This document shows, in pieces, positions 22,497 through 32,442 of a stretch of 64,000 bases of DNA. The stretch covers positions 24,286-88,285 of the forward strand of contig DAHUYB010000077.1 of assembly GCA_027315405.1 (NCBI GenBank), given 5' to 3'. The translations under genes were made by a program, and so were the position numbers. The notes beneath the pieces were generated by a model. The model saw only the letters and a list, made by a program, of their open reading frames with translations. It did not search any database and was not told where the DNA came from. Positions within the stretch are counted from its first letter, which is position 1, and each line of letters opens with the position of its first letter. Origin of the DNA: Gammaproteobacteria bacterium (GTDB lineage Bacteria; Pseudomonadota; Gammaproteobacteria; Natronospirales; REEB76).

Positions 22497-23477
22497 CTAA
22501 CCTGCTGCACAAAGTTCAAGCCGCCCGCCACCAGTGTCCAATGTACCGACCAATTCGGCAACCGTCTGGAGGCGATGCCGCGCGAGATAATCGGCGATGC
22601 CGGCATTAAGTTTCTTGCAGACCAGCGGGTCGTAGAACAAGGCTGTTCCCAGCCCGACCGCCGCGGCACCGGCCACCAGGAATTCCAGGGCATCATTGAC
22701 AGTGGTGACCCCCCCCTGGCCGATGATGGGGACCTGATGGGGCCGCGCGACCTGATACACCTGGTGCACCTTGAGGAGGGCTATGGGTTTGATAGCCGGA
22801 CCCGAAAGCCCTCCCTGGACGTTGCCGATGACCGGTTTGCGGGTTTCCGGATCAATGGCCATACCCATGAGCGTGTTGATGACCGCCAAACCGTCGGTGC
22901 CGGCCTCGATGCAGCGCCGGGCGTTATTCGCAATGTCCGTCTGGTTGGGGGAGAGCTTGGTGATCAGCGGCTTTTTGGTAACCCCGCGACAGGCGGCCAC
23001 CACCCGCGCCGACATCTCCGGATCGTTACCGAAGGCCACGCCGCCTTGCTTCACGTTCGGGCAGGAGATGTTGATCTCCATGGCATCAATAGGCGAATCA
23101 TCGAAGCGCCGCGTGACCTCCGCGTATTCTTCGACCGTTGAACCCGAAACATTAGCGATGAAACGGGTCTCGGAAAAATCCAGTGTCGGCAGGATCTTTT
23201 TCACCACGTGATCTACCCCAGGGTTCTGCAGGCCGATGGCGTTTAACATGCCCGCCGGAGTTTCGTAAATGCGGTGGGCTGGATTGCCGAGGCGCGGTTT
23301 CAAGGTAGTGCCTTTAAGGCACACGGCGCCCGCATCGCGGTTGGAAAATCCGGCCACGCGCGTATATTCTTCGCCGAACCCCACGCAGCCCGACAATAGC
23401 ACTAGTGGCGAATTGAATTTGAGACCACAGAAGTCGGTTTTTAGCGAATCAGGAAGAGTCTGTTCTCCATCGTCCAT
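22497..23477 (-). CDS. pyrD: dihydroorotate dehydrogenase, class 1B-type catalytic subunit
   Basis: Collinear with Bacillus PyrD as I recall it: SGCVGFGEEY, AGMLNAIGLQNPG, EINISCPNVKQGG (Cys active-site loop), GGLSGPAIKP and IIGQGGV. Confidence 0.85.
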   Translation of the reverse strand: MDDGEQTLPDSLKTDFCGLKFNSPLVLLSGCVGFGEEYTRVAGFSNRDAGAVCLKGTTLKPRLGNPAHRIYETPAGMLNAIGLQNPGVDHVVKKILPTLDFSETRFIANVSGSTVEEYAEVTRRFDDSPIDAMEINISCPNVKQGGVAFGNDPEMSARVVAACRGVTKKPLITKLSPNQTDIANNARRCIEAGTDGLAVINTLMGMAIDPETRKPVIGNVQGGLSGPAIKPIALLKVHQVYQVARPHQVPIIGQGGVTTVNDALEFLVAGAAAVGLGTALFYDPLVCKKLNAGIADYLARHRLQTVAELVGTLDTGGGRLELCAAG

Positions 23478-23492
23478 ACGCGCCCCTGATTA

Positions 23493-23957
23493 ATGTTGCA
23501 CGTTGTCCTTTACCAGCCGGAAATCCCGCCCAACACCGGCAATATCATACGCTTGTGCGCCAATTCGGGCGCCACTTTGCACCTCATTCATCCACTGGGC
23601 TTCGAGCTCACCGAGGCGCGGCTGAAACGCGCCGGCCTCGATTATCGGGACATGGCCTGTATACACGAGCATGCCGATCTGGATGCCTTTAAAAAAGAGG
23701 TGATGCCTGCGCGGCTGTTTGCGGTCTCCACCCGTGGCCGCTATCGCTACGCAGATGCAAAATTTCAAGCGGGCGATGCTTTCTTGTTCGGACCGGAGAC
23801 CCGAGGTCTACCGCAGGCGATGTTGGACTGCCTGCCGCCGGAACAACGGCTGCGGATTCCCATGCGACCCAATAACCGCAGCCTGAATCTCTCCAACGCC
23901 GTGGCGGTGATGGTGTATGAAGCCTGGCGGCAGTTGAGGTTTGAAGGCGGAAGCTGA
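23493..23957 (+). CDS. trmL: tRNA (cytidine/uridine-2'-O-)-methyltransferase TrmL (SpoU family)
   Basis: [37 protein letters not shown]...RAGLDY is nearly collinear with E. coli TrmL/YibK. Confidence 0.9.
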   Translation: MLHVVLYQPEIPPNTGNIIRLCANSGATLHLIHPLGFELTEARLKRAGLDYRDMACIHEHADLDAFKKEVMPARLFAVSTRGRYRYADAKFQAGDAFLFGPETRGLPQAMLDCLPPEQRLRIPMRPNNRSLNLSNAVAVMVYEAWRQLRFEGGS

Positions 23958-23975
23958 GTCGGGATACCGGCATGC

Positions 23976-25013
23976 TTACGATTCCGATCTGAGCGCACGC
24001 GTCATCAAGGTCTCGACCGCGGCGCGCGGCGCCAAACCTTGATGCAGGATGCCGTAGATCTGATCGGTAATGGGCATGTCCACGCCGAGCCGGCGGGCCA
24101 GATGGTGCACCGCGACGGCGGCGTACACGCCTTCCACCACTTGGCCGATGTCATGCTCGATGCTTTTCACGGCTTTACCGGCGGCCAGCGCCAGGCCCAT
24201 GCGGCGGTTTCGTGATTGATCGTCGGTGCAGGTGAGCACCAAGTCCCCCAAACCGGCCAAGCCCTGAAAGGTCTCGGCGCGCGCGCCGAGTTTCAAACCC
24301 AGGCGCGTAATTTCCACCAAGCCGCGGGTGATGAGCGCGGCGCGCGCGTTGGCGCCGAACTTCAAGCCATCACTGATGCCGCAGCCGATGGCGATTATAT
24401 TTTTGACCGCGCCGCCCACCTCCACGCCGGTCAGGTCGTCGGAGGTGTAGGCGCGAAAACTGCTGCTATGAAGGTTTTCCGCCAAGTCCTTGGCAAACTC
24501 CGCATCATTCGAGGCCACAGTCACCGCCGTGGGCATACCGGCGGCCACTTCGCGCGCGAAAGTGGGGCCCGAGAGCACCGCCAGCGGCAGTTGTTCACCC
24601 AGGATTTCACCAGCCACCTGGTGCAACAGTTTGCCGGTGCCGTGTTCGAAACCTTTGGTGGCCCAAGCGAGACGCAGATCTTTCGGCTTTAGGGCAGCCA
24701 GCTGGTTCAAGGTGGCGCGGAAACCATGACTGGGTACCACCACCAGCACATCGCGAACCACGGCCGAGAGTTTTTCCAGTTGCGGTTCGATCACCAGCGT
24801 GTCGGGGAAACGGATACCCGGCAGATATTGGCGGTTTTCGCGCTCCGCCAGCAGCGGGACCAACTCATGCGTATCCACCGACCATAAACGCACGCTCTGG
24901 CCATTGTGTGCCAGCAGGATCGCAAGCGCCGTGCCCCAGGAACCGGCGCCGAGAATACCGATGGGAGCCGCAGCGCTCACGGCCGGGGTGGGCCTAAGCC
25001 GGGATAGCCGCAT
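23976..25013 (-). CDS. gpsA: NAD(P)H-dependent glycerol-3-phosphate dehydrogenase
   Basis: GILGAGSWGTALA Rossmann motif and GAVKNIIAIGCGISDGL. Canonical position after secB. Confidence 0.93.
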   Translation of the reverse strand: MRLSRLRPTPAVSAAAPIGILGAGSWGTALAILLAHNGQSVRLWSVDTHELVPLLAERENRQYLPGIRFPDTLVIEPQLEKLSAVVRDVLVVVPSHGFRATLNQLAALKPKDLRLAWATKGFEHGTGKLLHQVAGEILGEQLPLAVLSGPTFAREVAAGMPTAVTVASNDAEFAKDLAENLHSSSFRAYTSDDLTGVEVGGAVKNIIAIGCGISDGLKFGANARAALITRGLVEITRLGLKLGARAETFQGLAGLGDLVLTCTDDQSRNRRMGLALAAGKAVKSIEHDIGQVVEGVYAAVAVHHLARRLGVDMPITDQIYGILHQGLAPRAAVETLMTRALRSES

Positions 25014-25485
25014 TAGCCCGTGGGGCGGCGGCCTGTTCGATGCTTTGCATATAGACGGCGTCGAAGTTCACTGGCTGCAGTAATAACGTCGGCATGCCGC
25101 CTTTCTGCACCAGGTCCGAAACCGCCTCACGCGCGTAAGGGAACAGGATGTTGGGGCAATAGCTGCCGAGCACCGCCGCCGTTTCCTGATCGTTGAAACC
25201 GCGAATGTTGAACAAACCGGCCTGGTGCACTTCCACCAGAAAAATGCTGCGGCTTTCAGCCTGGGCTTCAATGGTGATCGTCAACACGACTTCGTAGTTG
25301 TCATCCCCGAGCTTGTTGGTGTCGGAGCGCATATTCACTTTCACTTCCGGGTTGATCGGCGTGGCGAATACCGCGGGTGCGCGCGGCGATTCGAAGGAAC
25401 AGTCTCTTACATAGATGCGTTGCAGCACCACCTGTTTGCCGGCGGCCTCTTCATTATTGTTGGGAGTGACGGGAGTGTCAGCCAT
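24994..25485 (-). CDS. secB: protein-export chaperone SecB
   Basis: 163 aa. VLQRIYVRDCSFESPRAP...FLVEVHQAGLFNIRGF...LGSYCPNILFPYAREAVSDLV are SecB hallmarks. Confidence 0.93.
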   Translation of the reverse strand: MADTPVTPNNNEEAAGKQVVLQRIYVRDCSFESPRAPAVFATPINPEVKVNMRSDTNKLGDDNYEVVLTITIEAQAESRSIFLVEVHQAGLFNIRGFNDQETAAVLGSYCPNILFPYAREAVSDLVQKGGMPTLLLQPVNFDAVYMQSIEQAAAPRANAAIPA

Positions 25486-25518
25486 GAGGATTCCTTGAAT
25501 ATTGAAAGTTGCGATAAC

Positions 25519-25773
25519 TCAATCAGCGAGCAACGTATCCAGCCCACCCTTGCGGTCGAGGGCGTAGAGCTCGTCGTAACCGCCGACATGCTGCTGGCCA
25601 ATAAAAATCTGCGGCACGCTGCGGCGGCGGCTTTTGTTTTCCATTTCCTTGCGCCTGGAAGGATCCATATCCACCAGAAACTCTGTATACGCGACATGTT
25701 TGGATTGCAGCAAGGCCTTGGCACGCATGCAATAAGGACAGACGCGGGTGCTGTAAATAACGACGGGTTTCAT
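25519..25773 (-). CDS. grxC: glutaredoxin 3
   Basis: 84 aa. CPYC active site, SVPQIFIGQQHVGGYDEL. Confidence 0.92.
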   Translation of the reverse strand: MKPVVIYSTRVCPYCMRAKALLQSKHVAYTEFLVDMDPSRRKEMENKSRRRSVPQIFIGQQHVGGYDELYALDRKGGLDTLLAD

Positions 25774-25788
25774 AACTTACTGTTTGCC

Positions 25789-26211
25789 TCAACTGCGTTC
25801 CAACGGGAAATGCTCGTTCTGCCAAGCCCGGATGCCGCCCTTGAGGATATGTACAGCCTTGAAGCCATGCTTTATGAGAATGCCTGCGGCTTTCGGGCTG
25901 GTAGGTCCGGTATCACAGTAGATGATCAGCGGCTGTTCCTTGAATTTATCCAGTTCCGTCACCCGGCCGTCCAGTTCGGCCGCGGGAATGTTACGAGCGC
26001 CGATCACATGACCGTCTCCGAAATCTTTGGCTGGGCGAATGTCCAGTACCGCAGCGCCTTTATTAATGAGGAGTACGCTTTCCGCCGGCGCCAGCTCCCG
26101 GTACTTGCGCAGGCGACGTAGGACTTCATCACCGATGAACAGCAAGATGACAAAGAGGGCGGCGGCAATGAGGTAGGGGTGGTGACCCGCGAATTCAAGC
26201 ACACGTGACAT
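25789..26211 (-). CDS. rhodanese-like domain protein with N-terminal membrane anchor (YibN-like)
   Basis: From ATG 26211: TM helix, then a rhodanese domain with active-site loop YCDTGPTS. E. coli-like order yibN-grxC-secB-gpsA. The upstream part of the track ORF was discarded. Confidence 0.8.
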   Translation of the reverse strand: MSRVLEFAGHHPYLIAAALFVILLFIGDEVLRRLRKYRELAPAESVLLINKGAAVLDIRPAKDFGDGHVIGARNIPAAELDGRVTELDKFKEQPLIIYCDTGPTSPKAAGILIKHGFKAVHILKGGIRAWQNEHFPLERS

Positions 26212-26395
26212 GGATGCAGTGAAGGTCGCACAAAGGGGGCGTAGTATAACAGTTGAAGCACAAGCCTTTGAGGGGCTGGATAAAGCGCCTAGAATCACCG
26301 CGAAATCCGCGCCTGGAACCATCCATGTCAGCCCGCCTGCAGCAGCTCATCTGCATTGCCTGCCGCACAGCCTGCCGCCGGCCTGGCTTTTGACC

Positions 26396-27562
26396 ATGAC
26401 ACGCGCACTGCCGCTGGCCGCGTTCGGCACCTTACTGCTCGTCAGTATTGTGGTACCAGCTGCCGGCGGCAGCGACACCGCCAAGCAGGCGCAACTCAAG
26501 GAGCTGCGCGCGCGCATCATTCAGGTGCAGTCCAACCTGGACCGTGATATCCAGCGGCGCAGCAAGATGCAGTTGGAGTTGCGCACCAGCGAGCGGCAGA
26601 TCGCGCAACTGAGCGGGCGCCTGCATGACTTAAAGCTCTCCGTCAGCCGGGCACAATCGCACCTCGACGCTCTGCAGCGCGAACAGGCACAGAAACAGGT
26701 GGCGCTTGCAGCCCAGAAAGACGCGCTTGCAAGGCAAATCCGGGCCGCGTATATGGAAGGCCGGGATTCGCAGTTGCAGCTGCTGCTGAACGCCCAGGAT
26801 CCCGCCACTATCAGCCGGTTGCTGGCCTATTACGATTATTTCAACAAGGCACGGGCGGCGCGCATCCAAGCGGTGCGCGAGGAGCTGGATGCCCTTGAAA
26901 AAATCAACGCCCAGGTCCAGCAACAGGTGACGCGTCTTTCGAATTTGCGCGCTCAACGGGCACAGGCGCTGGCCAAGCTGGAACAGAACCGCACGGCACG
27001 TAAACAAGCGCTTGCACAGCTTAATGCCAGCATCCACACCCACAGCCAGAAACTTGCACGCATGCAGCGCGACGCCCGCGTCATCGTGGATTTGCTGGCG
27101 AATCTGCAACAGACCCTGGCGGACATACCCGCAGATCTGGAAGGACACCATCGCTTTGCCAGCCTGCGCGGCCGACTGCCCTGGCCGGTCTTCGGCCGGG
27201 TTATCCAGCACTTCGGCGAGCCGCTGGCCGATGGCCGGTTGCGTGCCACCGGTGACTTGATCGCCGCACCGCTGGGCACACCGGTACGCGCCGTATCTTA
27301 TGGGCGTGTGGTGTTTGCCGATTGGCTGCCGCATTTTGGCCTGTTGGTGATCATTGATCACGGCGACGGCTACATGAGCATCTATGCCCATAATCAGAGT
27401 GTCTATGCGCGCGTGGGCGACTGGGTGCAGATGGGTGAGATCATCGCCACTCTCGGCGACAGCGGCGGTCAGAATCAACCGGCACTGTATTTTGAAATCC
27501 GCCATCGCAATGTGGCGCTCAGCCCCCGGGAATGGTGCCGTGGACATCTGCCGCGGGGATAA
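26396..27562 (+). CDS. envC: murein hydrolase activator EnvC-like (coiled coil plus LytM/M23 domain)
   Basis: Signal/anchor MTRALPLAAFGTLLLV, a long Gln/Ala/Leu-rich coiled coil, and C-terminal LVIIDHGDGYMSIYAHNQS...LGDSGGQNQPALYFEIRH, which matches the EnvC LytM domain. Confidence 0.82.
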   Translation: MTRALPLAAFGTLLLVSIVVPAAGGSDTAKQAQLKELRARIIQVQSNLDRDIQRRSKMQLELRTSERQIAQLSGRLHDLKLSVSRAQSHLDALQREQAQKQVALAAQKDALARQIRAAYMEGRDSQLQLLLNAQDPATISRLLAYYDYFNKARAARIQAVREELDALEKINAQVQQQVTRLSNLRAQRAQALAKLEQNRTARKQALAQLNASIHTHSQKLARMQRDARVIVDLLANLQQTLADIPADLEGHHRFASLRGRLPWPVFGRVIQHFGEPLADGRLRATGDLIAAPLGTPVRAVSYGRVVFADWLPHFGLLVIIDHGDGYMSIYAHNQSVYARVGDWVQMGEIIATLGDSGGQNQPALYFEIRHRNVALSPREWCRGHLPRG

Positions 27563-27628
27563 TCGGGGCGCCGCGTGCTATCTTGACCGCATAGTTCAGC
27601 AGGCTGTGCACAGCCGGAGAATATCTGC

Positions 27629-28954
27629 ATGTCCGCCACTTCCCCCAAGTCTGTCGCGTTTATATTTGGTTCCCTCCTGGGTATCGTGCTCGGCGTCATG
27701 GTACCCGCAATCGCTGCGCCGCCGCCGGCACCCGCCGCACCAACACAGACGCAAACCCCGCTGCCCTGGCAACAGGTGCGGCTGCTCGCCGATGTGATGC
27801 AACTGGTGAAGGAAGATTACGTGCAGCCGGTGGACGACAACACGCTTATCAACAACGCCATCAGCGGCATGCTGGCGGGATTGGATCCGCATTCCGCATT
27901 TTTGGATAAGAGCAATTACCAGCAGATGCAGATCATCACCAGCGGACAATTCGGCGGCCTGGGACTGGAAGTCACCCAGCAGGACGGGGCGGTGGTGGTG
28001 ATCTCGCCGATTGACGACACGCCCGCCGCCCAGGCCGGTATCCAGACCGGCGACATCATCCTACGGGTGAACGGCACCAGCCTGGACGGCATGAATCTCG
28101 AAAATGCCGTCGCACTCATGCGCGGCAAGCCCGGCACCGCCATCACCCTCACCATCCTGCGTCATGGTGTGGCCAAGCCCCTGGATTTCAAACTCACACG
28201 CGCCGAAGTGCACATGGCGAGCGTGCGCAGCCGCCTGCTGCAACCGGGCTATGGTTACCTGCGCATCAGTCAGTACAGCGAGGACACCGGTACTGGCGTG
28301 ACGCGGGCAGTGCAAGCTCTCATCAAACAAAACCATGCACCCCTCAAGGGCTTGATTCTGGATCTGCGCAATAATCCCGGCGGCCTGGTGGATGCGGCGG
28401 TGGACGTGTCCAATGCGTTCCTCAACAGCGGTATCATTGTTACCGCCAAAGGTCGCGCGCCGGATTCCAACTTCGTGCGCCGTGCCACGCCCGGCGATAT
28501 ACTTTCAGGCGCGCCGCTGGTGGTGCTGGTGAATGGCGGCACCGCCTCGGCGGCGGAGATCAACGCCGGTGCGCTCCAAGACAATCACCGTGCGCTGATT
28601 CTCGGCACCCAGACCTTCGGCAAGGGTTCGGTGCAGACCGTGATTCCGTTGCCGGAAGGCGCCGCCATCAAACTCACGACCTCCCTGTATTACACGCCAT
28701 CGGGCCATTCCATCCAGGCGGAAGGCATCAAGCCGGATATCGTGGTGCCGGAGTTCAATGTGGCGGTGTCCAATGCCGCCAATGAAAACCTTGCGGAATC
28801 CAATCTGCAGGGGCATCTTGCCAACAATGCGCCGACACCGGAAGCTGCCTCCGGCACGCCCGCCGCCGAGCGGCTGGCGCAACAGGATTTTCAGCTGTAT
28901 GAAGCCCTCAATATCCTCAAGGGACTGAGCCTGGCCGCCGCCGGTCCCGGATGA
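27629..28954 (+). CDS. ctpA: S41 family carboxyl-terminal processing protease
   Basis: PDZ domain region (GGLGLEV...SPIDDTPAAQAGIQTGDIIL) and catalytic GLILDLRNNPGG...GTASAAEI...FGKGSVQ. Confidence 0.9.
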   Translation: MSATSPKSVAFIFGSLLGIVLGVMVPAIAAPPPAPAAPTQTQTPLPWQQVRLLADVMQLVKEDYVQPVDDNTLINNAISGMLAGLDPHSAFLDKSNYQQMQIITSGQFGGLGLEVTQQDGAVVVISPIDDTPAAQAGIQTGDIILRVNGTSLDGMNLENAVALMRGKPGTAITLTILRHGVAKPLDFKLTRAEVHMASVRSRLLQPGYGYLRISQYSEDTGTGVTRAVQALIKQNHAPLKGLILDLRNNPGGLVDAAVDVSNAFLNSGIIVTAKGRAPDSNFVRRATPGDILSGAPLVVLVNGGTASAAEINAGALQDNHRALILGTQTFGKGSVQTVIPLPEGAAIKLTTSLYYTPSGHSIQAEGIKPDIVVPEFNVAVSNAANENLAESNLQGHLANNAPTPEAASGTPAAERLAQQDFQLYEALNILKGLSLAAAGPG

Positions 28955-29796
28955 CAAGCAGCACAACCCGACCGTCCTGCGTAGCCGTATTCGCATTACT
29001 GTTGTTGGCGTTGCTGATGCAAATTACCGGCGCACCACGGTGCGCCGCCGCGTCCCTTGCTCATCCGGTGGTGGCCATCGTCATCGATGATCTTGGCAAT
29101 ACCCTTGAGGAAGGCCGGCGCGCCGTTGACCTACCGGGGCCGGTGGCTTGTGCGGTTCTGCCGCAGACGCTGTATTCCGTGACCCTCGCCGATCTCGCTT
29201 ACGCACACGGCAAAGAGGTGTTGCTGCATTTGCCGATGCAGGCGATTGATGACGCACCGCTGGGTCCCGGCGGCATCACGCTGGAGATGACCCGGCAGGA
29301 AATCCAGAATACGGTGCACGCAGACGTGGCGGCCATTCCTCACCTGGTGGGCGTCAACAACCACGAAGGCAGTCTCATTAGCATGCACCCCGGGGATCTT
29401 GCCTGGATCATGCAGACGCTGCACGCCATCGGGAATCTGTTCTTCGTGGATAGCTATACCACCGTGGACAGCATCGCCTATCAGATTGCACGGGAGAACG
29501 GTGTGCCCGCCGCACGCCGCGACGTGTTTCTGGATGATGTGAACACGCCGCAAGCGGTGCAGGTCCAGTTCAACCGTTTGCTGGAGATTGCGCGCAAGAA
29601 AGGCTTTGCATTGGCCATCGGCCATCCGCGGCCGGCGACACTGGCGGTGCTCGCCGCGCAGCTGCCGAAGCTTGCAAGCCAAGGTATTGAACTGGTACCG
29701 GTGGCCGAGATCGTGAAACTGCAGCAGGCGCACCCGATTCCCTGGCCCGAATCCCTGTATCCTTTACCGGAGTTATCGAAATCCAAGCATTACTAA
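28951..29796 (+). CDS. divergent polysaccharide deacetylase family protein (YibQ-like)
   Basis: Signal peptide, VAIVIDDLGN...GVNNHEGS...ALAIGHPRP pattern. envC-ctpA-yibQ synteny. Confidence 0.8.
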   Translation: MTSSTTRPSCVAVFALLLLALLMQITGAPRCAAASLAHPVVAIVIDDLGNTLEEGRRAVDLPGPVACAVLPQTLYSVTLADLAYAHGKEVLLHLPMQAIDDAPLGPGGITLEMTRQEIQNTVHADVAAIPHLVGVNNHEGSLISMHPGDLAWIMQTLHAIGNLFFVDSYTTVDSIAYQIARENGVPAARRDVFLDDVNTPQAVQVQFNRLLEIARKKGFALAIGHPRPATLAVLAAQLPKLASQGIELVPVAEIVKLQQAHPIPWPESLYPLPELSKSKHY

Positions 29797-30062
29797 ATTG
29801 AGAAAATGAATAGCTACCGGTGCGTTGTTCCGCATTACTCAACGTATTCGAATGGGTATTGTGAGTACCTTGAGCCAGTGGGGACTGTTGCGACTGCAGG
29901 AAGAATCTGAGACCAAATAGAACCTGGGCTGAGATTTTGCACATAGCACTTGTGTGCAGCCCTTGGGTGCAAAGTATGTCGGTGTACGCTTATCTCCGAC
30001 ACACATACCGGTTGGTTGTCCCCCTGGCTAAGCCCCTGAATCGGCTCTGTTAAAATAACTGG

Positions 30063-32210
30063 ATGGATGTCACCGCAATTCTCGATCCCTTGAATCCCGC
30101 CCAGCGCGAGGCGGTGACCGCCGAGGCCAAACCCATGCTGGTGCTGGCGGGCGCCGGCAGCGGTAAAACCCGCGTATTAGTGCATCGTATCGCCTGGCTG
30201 ATCCAGGTGCAGCAGGTCTCGCCGTTCGGCATTCTGGCGGTGACCTTCACCAACAAGGCCGCCGCCGAGATGCGCGTGCGCATCGAACAACTCATCGGCG
30301 GTTCTGCGCGCAGCATGTGGATGGGCACGTTTCACGGACTCGCCCACCGGCTGTTGCGCCAGCATTGGCGCGAGGCGAAACTGCCCCAGAGCTTCCAGAT
30401 ACTGGATTCCGAGGATCAATACCGTCTTATCCGCCGCGTGCTCAAGAATCTTGAACTTGACGAGGCCCGCTATCCGCCGCGTCAGTTGCAATGGTTCATG
30501 AATGCGCGCAAAGACGAGGGACTGCGCGCCAAACATATTCCTGAAAGCGACGACTCTACGCAACGGCAAATGTTGCGCGCTTATGCGGCTTATGAAAGCG
30601 CCTGTGAACGTGGCGGGCTGGTGGATTTCGCGGAACTGCTGCTGCGGGCACTGGAGTTGTGGCGCAACGATACGGCGCTGCTGGCCCATTATCAACGGCG
30701 CTTCCATCACATTTTGGTGGATGAATTCCAGGACACCAACGCTATCCAGTACGCCTGGATCCGTTTGCTTGCGGGCAAACAGGGCATGCCGTTCATGGTG
30801 GGTGACGACGATCAGTCCATTTATGCCTGGCGTGGCGCCAAGATCGAGAATATTCTGAAATTTGAAAAGGATTTCCCCGATACCCGCATGCTGCGCCTGG
30901 AACAGAACTACCGTTCTACCGGCAATATCCTCAAGGCCGCCAATGCCCTGATCGCCAATAACAGCACGCGGCTGGGCAAGAACCTGTGGACCAGCAGCGC
31001 TGACGGCCCGCCCATCCGTGTGTATGCCGCCTACAACGAGCAGGACGAGGCGCAGTTCGTCATGGATCAGATCAGGCACTGGCAGGAGCAGGGCGGTGCA
31101 CGCCACGATGTCGCCGTGCTGTATCGTTCCAATGCTCAGTCGCGGGTGTTCGAGGAACGCTTGCTTGCGGAAGCGATTCCTTATCGGGTGTATGGAGGTC
31201 CGCGCTTTTTCGAGCGCCAGGAAATCAAGGATGCGCTCGCCTATTTGCGCCTGCTGGAAAACCGCGACGACGATGCCTCTTTCGAGCGCATCATCAACCT
31301 GCCGGCACGCGGTATCGGCACACGCACGCTGGATTCGCTGCGCGAAGCCAGTCGTCGGCAAAATCTGCCGCTGTGGCGTCAGCTGCTGGACAGCAAGGAT
31401 GTACCGGCGCGGGTATCGGGCGCGCTCGGTGGCTTCACAAAGCTCGTGGATGATATGGATAAAGCCGTACGCGGACTGGATTTATTTGAGCAGGTGGATC
31501 ATGTGATCCACAGCAGCGGGTTGGTTGCACACTATAAGGCGGAAAAAGGCGAGCGCGGCGAAGCGCGCGTCGAGAATCTGCAGGAACTGGTAAGCGCGGC
31601 GCGCGGTTTTCAACCACAAGATCTGCAAGGCATGACACCGCTGTCGGCCTTTCTTTCTCACGCCGCATTGGAGGCCGGTGAAGGCCAGGCACAGGAATGG
31701 GAAGATTGTGTGCAGCTCATGACGCTGCATTCGGCCAAGGGCTTGGAATTTCCGCTGGTGTTTATCTGTGGACTGGAAGACGGGCTGTTCCCGCACGAGC
31801 GCTCCAGCGAGGATCTGGAAGGACTCGAAGAGGAACGGCGCCTGTGTTATGTGGGCATGACCCGCGCCAAACAGGAACTATATCTCAGCTATGCCGAGAG
31901 CCGGCGGCTGCACGGCATGGACAATTATGGCGTGCCGTCGCGGTTTCTGCGGGAGATTCCGCCGGAGCTGGTGCAGGAAATCCGTCCGCGGGTGCAAGTG
32001 TCGCGGCCGTTCACGGCGGCCGCTGCCGGCCGGCTGCACGCCGCACCGCTGGGCTTGAGTCTCGGCCAGCGGGTGCGCCATCCGAACTTTGGCGAAGGCA
32101 CGGTGCTGGATTACGAAGGCAGCGGCGAGCATGCACGCGTGCAGGTGAATTTCAGCAGCGCAGGCGCCAAATGGCTAGTGGTGGCTTACGCTAACCTTAT
32201 GCCCATCTGA
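30063..32210 (+). CDS. uvrD: DNA helicase II (UvrD)
   Basis: 715 aa. LNPAQREAV, Walker A AGAGSGKTRV, DEFQDTN, and the YRVYGG/LEQNYRS SF1 helicase motifs. Confidence 0.92.
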   Translation: MDVTAILDPLNPAQREAVTAEAKPMLVLAGAGSGKTRVLVHRIAWLIQVQQVSPFGILAVTFTNKAAAEMRVRIEQLIGGSARSMWMGTFHGLAHRLLRQHWREAKLPQSFQILDSEDQYRLIRRVLKNLELDEARYPPRQLQWFMNARKDEGLRAKHIPESDDSTQRQMLRAYAAYESACERGGLVDFAELLLRALELWRNDTALLAHYQRRFHHILVDEFQDTNAIQYAWIRLLAGKQGMPFMVGDDDQSIYAWRGAKIENILKFEKDFPDTRMLRLEQNYRSTGNILKAANALIANNSTRLGKNLWTSSADGPPIRVYAAYNEQDEAQFVMDQIRHWQEQGGARHDVAVLYRSNAQSRVFEERLLAEAIPYRVYGGPRFFERQEIKDALAYLRLLENRDDDASFERIINLPARGIGTRTLDSLREASRRQNLPLWRQLLDSKDVPARVSGALGGFTKLVDDMDKAVRGLDLFEQVDHVIHSSGLVAHYKAEKGERGEARVENLQELVSAARGFQPQDLQGMTPLSAFLSHAALEAGEGQAQEWEDCVQLMTLHSAKGLEFPLVFICGLEDGLFPHERSSEDLEGLEEERRLCYVGMTRAKQELYLSYAESRRLHGMDNYGVPSRFLREIPPELVQEIRPRVQVSRPFTAAAAGRLHAAPLGLSLGQRVRHPNFGEGTVLDYEGSGEHARVQVNFSSAGAKWLVVAYANLMPI

Positions 32211-32442
32211 TGGGTGCCCGCGTTGCCCGGCAACCCCGGCGATATCACCGTCCGCCGTGATAGGCAGTGGTGTTGGTCCTGTTTTCGAATCCCGAGGGCA
32301 GCACCTGCACGGGATCTAGAATCTTGGACGGAGATTGGTACCAGCGTCCATGCTGGTCAGCAGTCGTTGATGGAAAGGCAGATGCTTTTGGCATTTGCGT
32401 CAATCAGGTTTTTGGTCAAGAGTTTATCCACGGAGCAACATC

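Noticed and set aside
22318-22500. 60-aa plus-strand ORF in the AT-rich pilus-operon leader
   Set aside because: It has a TTG start, no RBS and no recognisable domain. AT-rich leaders often throw up such ORFs.
22709-22716. C8 homopolymer (G8 on the coding strand) inside pyrD
   Set aside because: It is in frame (encodes GQGGV) and the gene is intact. It is noted only as a potential slippage or sequencing-error hotspot.
30047-30062. LexA-box-like CTGT-N8-CTGG abutting the uvrD start codon
   Set aside because: The right half is CTGG rather than (A/C)CAG, so the most conserved CAG is missing. The site also overlaps the RBS rather than a promoter. This is not enough to call an SOS box.
30177-31361. 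394-aa minus-strand ORF inside uvrD, and similar long antisense ORFs (25225..26121, 26630..27547, 57291..58139, 9031..9774, 45076..45711)
   Set aside because: All of them overlap genes with unambiguous conserved motifs on the other strand and have no family resemblance. They are shadow ORFs.
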